In this document: positions 20,935 to 33,271 of the stretch, piece by piece | Layout: the number at the start of each line of letters is the position of its first letter | Position numbering within the stretch: the stretch's first letter is position 1 | Source: Chloroflexota bacterium | GTDB lineage: Bacteria > Chloroflexota > Anaerolineae > DTLA01 | Assembly (NCBI GenBank): GCA_014360805.1 | Contig: JACIWU010000005.1 | Coordinates: 1,206 to 65,205, forward strand | Direction of reading: 5' to 3' | DNA: 64,000 nucleotides | The notes under the pieces: generated by a model | What the model saw: the letters and a program-made list of their open reading frames with translations, nothing else | Told to the model about the DNA's origin: nothing | The model's database searches: none | Position numbers and translations under genes: made by a program

Positions 20935-21776
20935 CGCGCGGCCCGCGTCCCATGGAGGGCGCTGCGCCGTTCGTCCAGGGCCTGCACAACCTCCTCGGGC
21001 ACATCCACGGAGCCGATCTCTATCCCCGGCGACACGCACGGCCCGTGGTAGTCGGACCCGCCGGTAACGATGAGGCCGTTGCGTTGCGCGATGACCACAA
21101 TCTGCGCGGACACGTCGGGCGTATAGCCGGGATAGTACGCCTCCAGCCCGTCCAGCCCCTCGCCGGCGAGCCAGCCGATGACATCCACGATGTCCAGCGG
21201 GTGCGCCAGAACGGCCACCCCGCCCGAGTCGTGAATCAGGGCGATGGCCTCCTCGGGAGTCAGTTTGAAGCGCGGGACATAGGCCGGCCCGCCCCGGAAC
21301 AGGTAACGCTCAAAGGCCTCCGCCACGCTCTGCACATACCCGCGAGCGGCCAGCGCCTGGGCCACGTGGGGCCGACCCACGCTTTCGCCGCCCGCAAAGG
21401 CCTCCACCTCGCCCCAGGTCAGGGGCATGCCCAGGCGCGCCAGTTTCTCCAGCATCGCCCGGGCGCGCTCGGCCCGCGACGCGCGAAACCGGGCCAGCAT
21501 CCGCGACAGGGGCGTATCCCTGTCCCAGTCCACGAAATAGCCGAGGAGGTGGACTTCCCCCTCGGCCAACTCGCAGGATATCTCCACAGCCGGAATCAGG
21601 CGCAGGCACACCACATGTGCGCTCCGCATGGCCTGCGGAATCCCGGCCATCGTATCATGATCGGCGATGGCGATGGTGCGCAGCCCTTTGGACGCAGCCT
21701 GCCGCACGACCTCCTCTGGCGGGAACTCGCCGTCCGAACACAGGGTATGAAGGTGCAAATCCACGGTGGACGGCAT
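20931..21776 (-). CDS. PHP-domain phosphoesterase (TrpH/YciV-like). Start at MPSTVDLHLHT
   Basis: DLHLHTLCSDG ... IADHDT ... HP motifs of the PHP family. Confidence 0.75.
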   Translation of the reverse strand: MPSTVDLHLHTLCSDGEFPPEEVVRQAASKGLRTIAIADHDTMAGIPQAMRSAHVVCLRLIPAVEISCELAEGEVHLLGYFVDWDRDTPLSRMLARFRASRAERARAMLEKLARLGMPLTWGEVEAFAGGESVGRPHVAQALAARGYVQSVAEAFERYLFRGGPAYVPRFKLTPEEAIALIHDSGGVAVLAHPLDIVDVIGWLAGEGLDGLEAYYPGYTPDVSAQIVVIAQRNGLIVTGGSDYHGPCVSPGIEIGSVDVPEEVVQALDERRSALHGTRAAR

Positions 21777-21786
21777 GACGTACCCG

Positions 21787-22047
21787 CTAGCGAGGCTCAA
21801 CGACCATCTTTAGTGCCGTTCGCTCCTGTCCTTCAATGTCCACTTCCGCGAACGCCGGGATGCAAACGATGTCCATTCCTTCCAGTGCCAGATATCCTCT
21901 GGCGATAGCCACCGCCTTGATGGCCTGGTTGACGGCTCCAGCGCCAATAGCCTGCACCTCCGCGCGGCCGACCTCCCGGATCACCCCCGCAATGGCTCCC
22001 GCTACCGCAGTGGATCTGGACTTCGCCGAGACCTTGATGATTTCCAT
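21787..22047 (-). CDS. spoVS: Stage V sporulation protein S homolog
   Basis: 86 aa. MEIIKVSAKSRSTAVAGAIAGVIRE...AIGAGAVNQAIKAVAIARGY...CIPAF...ERTALKMVVEPR is near-collinear with SpoVS. AAAGGAGG RBS 8 nt upstream. Confidence 0.85.
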   Translation of the reverse strand: MEIIKVSAKSRSTAVAGAIAGVIREVGRAEVQAIGAGAVNQAIKAVAIARGYLALEGMDIVCIPAFAEVDIEGQERTALKMVVEPR

Positions 22048-22165
22048 GAATGTCGCCTCCTTTGCTACATTCCCGATGCTGAAGTGCCGGGCACTTCATC
22101 GTGCGGAGCCACCCGTTGCAAGACCGACCATGGAAATGTCCCAGCGCCCAACATTCCCTACACAT

Positions 22166-22194
22166 ATTGTACACGATAATTCGCACAAAATCAA
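22166..22194 (-). promoter_or_regulatory. Strong sigma70-type promoter for spoVS: -35 TTGATT, 17 bp spacer, -10 TACAAT, in a locally AT-rich patch
   Basis: Read on the minus strand. About 110-nt leader followed by a strong SD. Confidence 0.55.
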
Positions 22195-22250
22195 TAGGCA
22201 CTTTCCATAAAATTGCAGGGCGCGCGTTGTGGTAAACGCTGTAATTCCCG

Positions 22251-22412
22251 CTGCGGGGCGGCTTCCCATAGCCGCCAACAGGGCAGGTATGGAAACCTGC
22301 CCTACGTATCCACGAATAACACGAATTCACACGAATGGAGAATAGACCCCAAAAGTTTCGTAGGGCGGCTTCCCATAGCCGCCAACAGGGCAGGTATGGA
22401 AACCTGCCCTAC
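22251..22412. repeat. Two tandem family A double-hairpin copies (22251..22310 and 22359..22412) with a conserved cgaataacacgaat flank
   Basis: ggcggcttcccatagccgccaacagggcaggtatggaaacctgccctac occurs twice. Track ORFs 22213..22434 and 22096..22278 are artefacts of this repeat. Confidence 0.8.
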
Positions 22413-22466
22413 TACATTCGCGCGATTCGCGTGATTCGCGGTTACAATTCCCCCATTCGCAGGCGC

Positions 22467-22494
22467 TTGCAAAACTGCAAGACTATGCTATAAT
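22467..22494 (+). promoter_or_regulatory. Candidate promoter: TTGCAA, 16 bp spacer, TATAAT
   Basis: About 100 nt upstream of the 22600 ATG. Confidence 0.45.
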
Positions 22495-22599
22495 CCATGC
22501 GCAAGGTTCCAGGGATGTCGGGCCATGCTGTGGAGATGCCCCCGCGCGAAGGGCGTCGCGTTGTCGCACAGCAAGGACGCGCTATCGGGAAGTTGAGCC

Positions 22600-24153
22600 A
22601 TGACCAGAGGACAAATCGCTCTGCTCGTTGCACTTGGCGCGACGGTGCTGGCCGTATATGTTCTGCTCGGTCTGCTGGTAGCAGGGCGCATCCCCATCGG
22701 CTTGCCGCCCGCCCCCACCGACATGCCCGTGCCGACCCCCACCCTGACCCCCGCCCCCGGCATGAGCCGCCAGAACCCCATGCCCTTCGGCGAGACCATT
22801 GCCACCGACAGCATGGAAATCCACGTCCTTGAGGTGCACCGCCACGCCAATGCGCTCATCTCCCCCCTCAACTCGCCCATCCCAGAAGGCCACGAGGTGG
22901 TCGTGGTCAACGTGGAGGTGCACAACCGTGGAACCGCGCCCATCACCCTAAGCCCGGGGACGTTTCGGCTGACGGGAGACCGCGCCATCCTCTACCAGCG
23001 GCCGCCGCTGCTGCTGGACAACGAACTGCGCGGGGAACTGGCCCCCGGCGAGAGCCGCTCGGGCTACCTGGCCTTCGTCGTGGCCGACGGGGAGGACAAC
23101 CTGGCCCTGGCGTTCATCCCATCGGGGAGCATGTCAGACGAAGGGGCGCGGTGGCTGTGGGCCGACCCCGATGCGAACCCCCAGGCCTTCGCCGTCCAGG
23201 GGGTAGCCCCGACGGCCTCGCCGCGCACCGGCGGGAGCCGCCTCAACCCCGCCCTCATGCGCCAGCCCGCCGTGGCCGACGACCAACTGGAGATCAGCGT
23301 CCTCGCCGTCCAGCGAGACGCCTGGCCCGTCATACGGGAGATGAGCCCACTGAACCAGCCGCCCGAACCCGACAAAGAGTACGTGCTCGTGCGCCTGCGC
23401 GTGCGCTTCGTGGGCCAGATGGATCAACTCCTGTCGGTCAACTGGTGGGCCTTCCGCATGACCGGCGCGGACAACATCCTGTACCCCAACCCGTCGCTCA
23501 TCCTGACGGATGAACTCAAGGGCGACCTGTTCCCGACCGGCACGTTGGAGGGCAACCTGGCGTTCCAGGTGCGGCGCGGGGAAGAGAACCTCATCCTGGC
23601 GTATGACCCTTCGGGCGTGGGGGTGAAAATCGGGCGGGGGGTTCGCTGGTTCTGGGCCACCGAGACGCCCAACCTGGATTTGCTGAAGATGCCGGTGCGG
23701 GCGTCGGCGGCCCTGCCCGCTTCGGGGCGCTCGTCGCAGCAGCCCGCGCCCATTGGCGTGCCCGTGCTGTCCGACGGGCAGATAGAGATCACGGTGGAGG
23801 ACGCGGTTCTCCTGCCCGACGACGCCAGCACCTGGGATCGGTGGACGCTGCCCGTGCCCGAACCGGGGAGGCACTACGTGGTCGTTACGGTGGTGGCGCG
23901 GAACCTGGCGCCGGAGGAGCGCCCCCAGGCGATCCACTGGGATGGCTTCCTGCTGCACGAGCCGGCGGGGGCTTCGGTGTACAAGCCCACCGTGCTGGGG
24001 GGCTGCGAACTTGAGGGCGACGCTTTCACCGGCGCCACGCTGCGGGCCTATCTGGTCTTCCAGGTGGCCAGCGGCCAGCGGTTCCTCCTCTCCTACGACC
24101 CCGCCGGCCTGGGCAACACCATGTCCTACCGGTGGTTCGCCATAGAACTGTAG
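22600..24153 (+). CDS. Membrane-anchored protein with three tandem DUF4352-like (Ig-like) domains of about 150 aa each
   Basis: N-terminal TM helix, Pro/Thr linker, then three repeats sharing the pattern ...EI.VL.V.R...........EYVLV.L.V.N.G.....S..WF.L.G.....Y.P......EL.G.L.PG....G.LAF.V.... Confidence 0.55.
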   Translation: MTRGQIALLVALGATVLAVYVLLGLLVAGRIPIGLPPAPTDMPVPTPTLTPAPGMSRQNPMPFGETIATDSMEIHVLEVHRHANALISPLNSPIPEGHEVVVVNVEVHNRGTAPITLSPGTFRLTGDRAILYQRPPLLLDNELRGELAPGESRSGYLAFVVADGEDNLALAFIPSGSMSDEGARWLWADPDANPQAFAVQGVAPTASPRTGGSRLNPALMRQPAVADDQLEISVLAVQRDAWPVIREMSPLNQPPEPDKEYVLVRLRVRFVGQMDQLLSVNWWAFRMTGADNILYPNPSLILTDELKGDLFPTGTLEGNLAFQVRRGEENLILAYDPSGVGVKIGRGVRWFWATETPNLDLLKMPVRASAALPASGRSSQQPAPIGVPVLSDGQIEITVEDAVLLPDDASTWDRWTLPVPEPGRHYVVVTVVARNLAPEERPQAIHWDGFLLHEPAGASVYKPTVLGGCELEGDAFTGATLRAYLVFQVASGQRFLLSYDPAGLGNTMSYRWFAIEL

Positions 24154-24225
24154 GCGGCGATACGGCCGTCGCGGGAAATGAAAAGGCCCCTCGTCGGAGG
24201 GGCCTTTGGTTTGCCTGCGGTCGGT

Positions 24226-25851
24226 CTAGTACTCGGGCATCGGCGGGGTGCCGGCCTTCTCCTTCTCCGGCAGGTCGGAGATGAGCGCCTCGGTGGTCAG
24301 GATCATGGCCGCGATGCTGGCGGCGTTCTCCACGGCCGAGCGGGTAACCTTGGCCGGGTCAATGATGCCCTTGGCCACCATGTCGCCGTAATCGTTGGCC
24401 AACACGTCGTAGCCGATGTTGAGGTTATTCTGCTCCTTCTGGAGCCGACGCACGGTGTCCAGAACCACGGCGCCGTCCATGCCGGCATTCTCCACGATGC
24501 GGCGCAGGGGCTCCTCCAGGGCGCGGCGCACAATCGCGACGCCGGTCGCTACATCGCCGGTCTCCTGCACCTTGTCCAGCGCCGGGATGGCGTTGATGAG
24601 GGCCACGCCGCCGCCCGGGACAATCCCCTCTTCCACGGCCGCGCGGGTCGCCGAGAGCGCGTCCTCCACGCGGTGCTTCTTCTCCTTCAGTTCAACCTCG
24701 GTCGCCGCGCCCACGCGGATGATCGCGACGCCGCCCGCGAGTTTGGCGAGCCGCTCCTGCAATTTCTCCTTGTCGTAGTCCGACGTGGAGATTTCAATCT
24801 CGGCCTTGATCTGGTCAATGCGGCCCTTGATCTTCTCGGGATCGCCCTTGCCGCCGATGATGGTGGTGTCCTCCTTGGTGGCGACGACGCGGTCGGCCCG
24901 CCCCAGGTCGGCGATGGTTACCGACTCCAACTTGCGGCCCACTTCCTCGCTGATGACGGTCCCGTTGGTCAGGATCGCGATGTCCTGCAGCATAGCCTTG
25001 CGGCGATCACCGAAGCCAGGGGCCTTGATGGCGACGCAGTTGATCATGCCCCGCAGTTTGTTGAGCACGAGGGTCGCCAGCGCCTCGCCGTCCACATCCT
25101 CGGCGATGACGAGCACCTCGCGCTTGCCCACCTGGACCAACTTCTCCAGCACAGGGACGATGTCGGTGGCCGCGGAAATCTTCTTGTCCGTGATGAGGAT
25201 GTACGGCTCCTCCAGGACGGCCTCCATCCGCTCGGGGTTGGTGATGAAATAGGGCGAGATGTAGCCGCGATCCAGTTGCATACCCTCTACGTACTCGGTC
25301 TCAAACTCCAGGCCCTTGGACTCTTCCACCGTGATGACGCCGTCCTTGCCCACCTTGTCCATGACCTCGGCGATGAGCGCGCCGATGGTCTTGTCGGCGG
25401 CGGAAATGGCGGCCACGTTGGCGATGTCGTCCTTGTCCTTGACTTCCTTCGCCTCGGCCTTGATGGCCTCTACCACGGCGGACGTGGCCAGTTCAATGCC
25501 GCGCTTGATGAGCATCGGGTTGGCGCCCGCGGCCACGTTCTTCAGCCCCTCGGTAACGATGGTGTGGGCCAGCACGGTGGCGGTGGTGGTGCCGTCGCCC
25601 GCCACGTCGTTGGTCTTGGTAGCGGCCTCCTTCAGCAGTTGCACGCCCATATTCTGGAAGTGGTCTTCCAGTTCAATCTCCTTGGCGACGGTTACGCCGT
25701 CATGGGTGATGGTGGGGGCGCCGAACTTCTTGTCCAGGGCGACGTTGCGCCCCTTGGGCCCCAGGGTGGTGATGACGGCATTCGCCAGGATGTCCATACC
25801 TAGTTTCAAATTGCGTCGCGCTTCTTCTGCAAAAACCAGTTGTTTCGCCAT
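24226..25851 (-). CDS. groL: Chaperonin GroEL
   Basis: 541 aa. [27 protein letters not shown]-terminal GTPPMPEY. Confidence 0.97.
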   Translation of the reverse strand: MAKQLVFAEEARRNLKLGMDILANAVITTLGPKGRNVALDKKFGAPTITHDGVTVAKEIELEDHFQNMGVQLLKEAATKTNDVAGDGTTTATVLAHTIVTEGLKNVAAGANPMLIKRGIELATSAVVEAIKAEAKEVKDKDDIANVAAISAADKTIGALIAEVMDKVGKDGVITVEESKGLEFETEYVEGMQLDRGYISPYFITNPERMEAVLEEPYILITDKKISAATDIVPVLEKLVQVGKREVLVIAEDVDGEALATLVLNKLRGMINCVAIKAPGFGDRRKAMLQDIAILTNGTVISEEVGRKLESVTIADLGRADRVVATKEDTTIIGGKGDPEKIKGRIDQIKAEIEISTSDYDKEKLQERLAKLAGGVAIIRVGAATEVELKEKKHRVEDALSATRAAVEEGIVPGGGVALINAIPALDKVQETGDVATGVAIVRRALEEPLRRIVENAGMDGAVVLDTVRRLQKEQNNLNIGYDVLANDYGDMVAKGIIDPAKVTRSAVENAASIAAMILTTEALISDLPEKEKAGTPPMPEY

Positions 25852-25902
25852 GCTTTACAACCTCCTTCAAGGGTTTAGGTCAGTCGGATAAAAGGCTGGG
25901 GG

Positions 25903-26199
25903 TTATTCCTCAAAGATCGCCAGAATGTCGCTTTCCTTGAGAATCAGGAGTTTCTTGTCGTTGACCTTGACCTCGGTGCCGGCGTACTTGGCATACAGGA
26001 CCTTGTCGCCCACCTTGACTTCCATGGGGACGCGCTCGTCCTCTTCGCCATAGCGGCCCGGGCCGACTGCGATGACGACGCCCTTCTGGGGCTTCTCCTT
26101 GGCGGTCTCGGGCAAGATGATGCCGCCTGCGGATTTCTCTTCCTGCTCAATGGGTTCCACAACTACACGGTCTGCAAGGGGTTTGAGTTTGACTGTCAT
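25903..26199 (-). CDS. groS: Co-chaperonin GroES
   Basis: 98 aa. [43 protein letters not shown]. Confidence 0.95.
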   Translation of the reverse strand: MTVKLKPLADRVVVEPIEQEEKSAGGIILPETAKEKPQKGVVIAVGPGRYGEEDERVPMEVKVGDKVLYAKYAGTEVKVNDKKLLILKESDILAIFEE

Positions 26200-26279
26200 T
26201 GCCTTACCTCCTCACTGAAATTGGATTTGCGAGACTTGGTGGCGCACGGTTGTGGCGGGTTCTGGGCATCAGAACCGCG

Positions 26280-26306
26280 TTAGCACTCTTGCGCCGAGAG
26301 TGCTAA
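26280..26306. promoter_or_regulatory. CIRCE (HrcA operator): TTAGCACTC-N9-GAGTGCTAA, perfect consensus
   Basis: ttagcactcttgcgccgagagtgctaa. The palindrome extends to cgcgttagcactc...gagtgctaacgcg. Sits 9 nt downstream of the -10 box and about 75 nt upstream of groES. Confidence 0.9.
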
Positions 26307-26315
26307 CGCGGCCTT

Positions 26316-26344
26316 ATCATACACAAGGTGCCCCGAAACTGCAA
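26316..26344 (-). promoter_or_regulatory. groESL promoter: -35 TTGCAG, 17 bp spacer, -10 TATGAT
   Basis: Read on the minus strand immediately upstream of CIRCE. Confidence 0.55.
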
Positions 26345-26422
26345 ATTCGCGTCTAGAGGCGTAGAAACGGGTCTATGGCAATTGTCGGCCTATTTTGCCC
26401 GATTTCTCGCGAATGCGCATGA

Positions 26423-27535
26423 TTACTTCTCCGGACACATCCGGAGACCTTCCAGCGCCGGCTGCGATGAGGGGTTGATTTCCAGCGCCTTCTGGAGCCA
26501 CGGGCGCGCCTGGTCGCACTGGTCCAGGTACGCATACGAGAGGCCGATTTCGTACAGGACCTCTTCCGTCTGCCATCCCAGTTCCACCGCTTTCTGCAGG
26601 TTCTCTATCGCGCCCTCGTAGTTGCGCAGGACGTAGTACGTGATCCCCAGGTGAGCGTGGGCGCTGCCGAACTCGGGGTCAGCCTGGATGGCGGACATGA
26701 ATTCGGGGATCGCGCGGTCGTAATCCTGAAGATAGAAGTAGGTCCACCCAATCTGGTCGTAGGCCTCGGCGTTGTCGGGATCCAGCGCCACAGCCTTCTC
26801 CAGGTAGGCGATGGCCCCGTCGTAGTCGCCCAGGGCGCGCAGGTTGCGGGCCGCGTCCAGGTACAGGTAACTCAGCCGCGGGTGCAACTCAATCGCTCGC
26901 TTGTAACTCTCCAACGCGCCGCGGTAGTCGCCCTGCGCCTCCAGGACGTACCCGTAGTTCCGCCAAGCGTCCACATTGGCGTCGCTCAAGTCCAGGGCCT
27001 GGTTGGCCTCGTCCTCGGCCTGCCGCCAGAAGCCCTTGTCGGCGTACACTTCGGCCAGGTAGGCATGGGTTTCGGGGGTGTTAGGGCCGAGTCGGGCTGC
27101 CTTGAGCGCCGCCTCCAGCGCCTGGTCGTAGCGGCCCATCCAGTCGTACACGCGCGCCAGCGTAGCGAGGGCCAGCGGGCTATCGGGCGCGAGGGCCGTC
27201 GCCTGCTGGGCCATTTGCAGGGCCTGGCCGAGTTTGTGGCGCATCATGAGCAGGCGCGCCGCCCGGATCAGCGGCTCCGGGTTGCCGGGGTCAGCCTGGG
27301 CCGCCTGGGTGTACGCCGCGATGGCTGCGGTCAGTTCGCCGTTCTGGTAGTGCTCGTCCGCCTCGGCAAGCCACTCGGCTGCCGGCTTCTGCGGCGTGGG
27401 CGTCGGGCCCGGCTGGGGCAGCATGGGCAACTCGGGGCGCTTGACGATGAGGTACGAGAAAAACGCGATGAGGATGAGATAGATTGTGATGCGCGCCGGA
27501 GAAGAGCGCCGCCTTCGCCGAGGGCCTAGATACAT
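26423..27535 (-). CDS. Membrane-anchored TPR-repeat protein
   Basis: N-terminal TM (ITIYLILIAFFSYLIV), Pro-rich linker, then at least 7 TPR units (AEAYDQIGWTYFYLQDYDRAIPEF etc.). Confidence 0.75.
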   Translation of the reverse strand: MYLGPRRRRRSSPARITIYLILIAFFSYLIVKRPELPMLPQPGPTPTPQKPAAEWLAEADEHYQNGELTAAIAAYTQAAQADPGNPEPLIRAARLLMMRHKLGQALQMAQQATALAPDSPLALATLARVYDWMGRYDQALEAALKAARLGPNTPETHAYLAEVYADKGFWRQAEDEANQALDLSDANVDAWRNYGYVLEAQGDYRGALESYKRAIELHPRLSYLYLDAARNLRALGDYDGAIAYLEKAVALDPDNAEAYDQIGWTYFYLQDYDRAIPEFMSAIQADPEFGSAHAHLGITYYVLRNYEGAIENLQKAVELGWQTEEVLYEIGLSYAYLDQCDQARPWLQKALEINPSSQPALEGLRMCPEK

Positions 27536-27567
27536 ACATTCGCCTCCGCCACCGCCGTGCCTGGCCG

Positions 27568-27596
27568 ATTATAGCACAGGGCGGGTGCCATCCCAA
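27568..27596 (-). promoter_or_regulatory. Candidate promoter for the TPR gene: -35 TTGGGA, 17 bp spacer, -10 TATAAT, within cTGTGCTATAATcgg
   Basis: Shares the gattatagcac...cccaaatgc module with the nuo promoter region. Confidence 0.4.
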
Positions 27597-27659
27597 ATGC
27601 ACGGGAGACCCCGAATCGGTTCCAAAGCACGGAGCGCCCGAAGCAATCGCCGTCGGGCC

Positions 27660-27950
27660 GGCGGGGCGCACACCCCACCCCAACCCCATTCGCGTGGATT
27701 CGCGCGATTCGCGATGACGGTTGGGGGCGACAACGTGCGCCGCACCTTCGCCTCCGCCGCAGGCAGGGAATGTAGAGCAAATTGGCAATTTGCTCTACAC
27801 GCGCGGGGCTAACCCCAGCCCGCAGGGCTTTGCACCTTCAGCCCGATGCTTTAGCGTCAGGCCGGCGGGGCGCACACCCCACCCCAACCCCCATTCGCGT
27901 GGATTCGCGCGATTCGCGATGACGGTTGGGGGCGACAACGTGCGCCGCAA
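27660..27950. repeat. Composite repeat region: an approximately 85-bp direct repeat (27660..27745 and 27862..27950) flanking a partial family B copy (27801..27862)
   Basis: ggcgcacaccccaccccaaccccattcgcgtggattcgcgcgattcgcgatgacggttgggggcgacaacgtgcgccgca occurs twice. Between them, gctaaccccagcccgcagggctttgcaccttcagcccgatgctttagcgtcagg matches the 12.4-kb repeat unit. Confidence 0.8.
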
Positions 27951-28085
27951 GTAACCGCCTTCGCGCGAATTCGTGCGATTCGCAGACGTCCATCGCCCTG
28001 GCGAGGCGGCGCGATGGCCCGTCGGAACCGAGCCCAGGGCGCGCGGGATTTTTCAGTATCGGGCAGGTATGGTAAAATATGCGAC

Positions 28086-31027
<2,942 letters not shown>

Positions 31028-31037
31028 CGGCGACGGT

Positions 31038-31075
31038 AACCGCGAATGGACGCGAATTCGCGCCCATTCGCGGTT
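31038..31075. terminator. Near-perfect 38-bp palindrome (aaccgcgaatggacgcgaattcgcgcccattcgcggtt) followed by a T-rich tract. Likely the gyrB intrinsic terminator, possibly bidirectional with convergent sigA
   Basis: Starts 11 nt after the gyrB stop and is followed by tctctttgcc. Confidence 0.6.
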
Positions 31076-31165
31076 TCTCTTTGCCATGCCGAGCGAAGCA
31101 TCTCGTTTGGCGAGACTCTTCGCCGCCCCGCGGCCCAGAATGGCAGGGAGCCCGCCCCCGCGCCC

Positions 31166-32260
31166 CTACCGCAGATAGTCCCGCAGTTTGCTGCTGCGGC
31201 GCGGATGGCGCAACCGCATGAGCGCCTGGGCCTCTATCTGGCGGATGCGCTCGCGGGTCAGGCCGAACTTGCGCCCCACCTCTTCCAGCGTGTGGGTCTG
31301 CCCGTCCACCAGGCCGAACCGCATCTGGAGGATGCGCACCTCCCGCTGGCTGAGCGCGCACATGAGTTCCTCCAGTTGCTCGCGCAGGAGCGAATGCGAG
31401 GCCGCCGTGCTCGGGCTGACCGACGTCTCGTCCTTGATGAACTCGCCCAACTCGCTGTCGCCATCCTCGCCGACGGGAGCCTCCAGCGACAGGATTCGGG
31501 TGGCGGCCTTCATGATGCGGCGGACTTTGTCCTCCGGAAGGTTGAGCCGCTCGGCCAGTTCCTGGTGGGTCGGCTCGCGCCCCAATTCCTGGGCCATGTC
31601 CTGCGAAATGCGGGCCACGCGGGCGATCTGGTCGTGCATGTGGATGGGCACGCGGATGGTGCGGCTCTGATCGGCCACGGCACGCGCCACCGCCTGGCGA
31701 ATCCACCACGTGGCGTAGGTGCTGAACTTGTAGCCGCGCCGGTAGTCAAACTTCTTCACCGCACGGATCAGGCCGATGTTGCCCTCCTGGATGAGGTCCA
31801 GGAACGGCACGCCCCTGCCGATGTACTTCTTGGCGATGCTGACGACCAGCCGCGAGTTGGCGCGGATGAGGTGATCGCGGGCCTCCTCCCCCTCGCGCAC
31901 CCAGGCCTCCAGCCGTTCCCGACGCGCCGGCGAGAGATTGGTCTGCTCCAGCATGCGCCGCGCCTTCTGGCCGCGCTCCATGCGCTTCGCTAGGGTTACT
32001 TCGTCCTCGGCGGTCAGCAGCGGCACGCGGCCGATCTCCCGCAAGTACAGATTGATGGGATCGCTCACGTCGGCCGGAGACTCGTCAATGTCAAGGATGT
32101 GTCTGGCTTCCAAATCGGGGACGTCTTCGTCGGCCGAATCTTGCTCCGCAGGCCATGGGGACTCATCGTCAAGGGGACAGAGGGCAAAATCCTCTTCGGG
32201 TTCCGTGAATGCAGCAACCTCGTCGTCCGTCTCGCCGATTGGTAGGCGGTTGAGATTCAA
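31166..32260 (-). CDS. sigA: RNA polymerase principal sigma factor (sigma-70 family), with an acidic N-terminal region
   Basis: Regions 1.2-4.2 present: [37 protein letters not shown] and [24 protein letters not shown]. Confidence 0.93.
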   Translation of the reverse strand: MNLNRLPIGETDDEVAAFTEPEEDFALCPLDDESPWPAEQDSADEDVPDLEARHILDIDESPADVSDPINLYLREIGRVPLLTAEDEVTLAKRMERGQKARRMLEQTNLSPARRERLEAWVREGEEARDHLIRANSRLVVSIAKKYIGRGVPFLDLIQEGNIGLIRAVKKFDYRRGYKFSTYATWWIRQAVARAVADQSRTIRVPIHMHDQIARVARISQDMAQELGREPTHQELAERLNLPEDKVRRIMKAATRILSLEAPVGEDGDSELGEFIKDETSVSPSTAASHSLLREQLEELMCALSQREVRILQMRFGLVDGQTHTLEEVGRKFGLTRERIRQIEAQALMRLRHPRRSSKLRDYLR

Positions 32261-32467
32261 GTTGCCTCCTCACTCTATTATCTATTATATGAAACGTGCA
32301 AACGTAACGCTCGGTTCCGCTGGAGCCCGCGACACTACTCGTGAGTTTCAAACCCTTCCCATTATTATACCACAGTTTTCATAAATTGGCACACCCAATT
32401 TTCTTAAAACATACGTTTCCACCTTCTACGAGCCCTCTCCCCGTGGAGTTGGAACTGCGAATCGCGC

Positions 32468-32528
32468 GCGTAGGGCAGGTTTCCATACCTGCCCCCTGCG
32501 TCCGGCGGCTATGGAAAGCCGCCCTACG
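32468..32528. repeat. Family A double-hairpin repeat, inverted orientation
   Basis: cgtagggcaggtttccatacctgccccctgcgtccggcggctatggaaagccgccctacg. Confidence 0.8.
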
Positions 32529-32638
32529 AACTCGGAAAAGGTCGCTTCGGATGCTGCGCGCCCTCGCAACGCCGCGCCAACGGACGTTGGAACCGAGCCT
32601 TCCCCAGCCCCGCACAAAGCCCGCGCCCCAAGCCCCCA

Positions 32639-33250
32639 TCAGGGCGTCGGCGTGGGTGTGGCGGATGGGATGGGCGTTGCCGACGGCGTAGGCGTTACCG
32701 TCGGCGTCGGTGTAGGCGTCGGCTTCCGTGGCGGCTCGGCGATCATCTGCTCCAGCGTGTTGATGCTCCAGGCATACACCAGGTGCACCTCCGGACGGTC
32801 GTCGGCGATGGCGTACCGGTACGTCCCCGTGGGGTTCTGGTCGCCCACCCGCAAGGTATGATGCTCGCCGCTCGCCAGCGTGAGCGTTACCGTGAGAGTC
32901 GGTGCCGCAAGCCCGTAGTCCGACAGGTTCAGCGTGTCGCTGAGCGCGCGGGTGGAACGCAGGCTGCTCAAGTCGCTCACGACGCCCCCCACGCGGCTCC
33001 CGTCCGCTTCGTACACAAACGGCGCGCGTATCCACCAGGTCTGGCCTTCCGCGCGCTCCAGGACAAGCGCCTGGCCGTCGCTCTTGGCCGCTTCCAGGCG
33101 CACAACCTGATCCTGCGGAATCTCCCAGAGCGGAGCCGCCCCGACCTGCTCCTGTGGCGACTGCTTGGACTTGGGCACCTCCACCAGGAACACGTAGCCC
33201 GTCAGCGCCAGGAGAATGACGAACAGGATGAGCGTGTTGCGCAGTCTCAC
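32639..33250 (-). CDS. DUF4340-like auxiliary protein of the GldG-type ABC system. N-terminal TM and C-terminal Pro/Thr tail
   Basis: Position and size match the DUF4340 partner usually found downstream of gldG-like genes. PTPTPTPTVTPTPSATP tail. Confidence 0.5.
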   Translation of the reverse strand: MRLRNTLILFVILLALTGYVFLVEVPKSKQSPQEQVGAAPLWEIPQDQVVRLEAAKSDGQALVLERAEGQTWWIRAPFVYEADGSRVGGVVSDLSSLRSTRALSDTLNLSDYGLAAPTLTVTLTLASGEHHTLRVGDQNPTGTYRYAIADDRPEVHLVYAWSINTLEQMIAEPPRKPTPTPTPTVTPTPSATPIPSATPTPTP

Positions 33251-33271
33251 CTCAACCCTCCGAACCCGGCG

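Noticed and set aside
24178-25803. 541-aa plus-strand ORF that mirrors groEL over its full length
   Set aside because: Antisense shadow of groEL (same length by coincidence of stop-free frames). Gly/His/Asp/Val-rich junk. No RBS.
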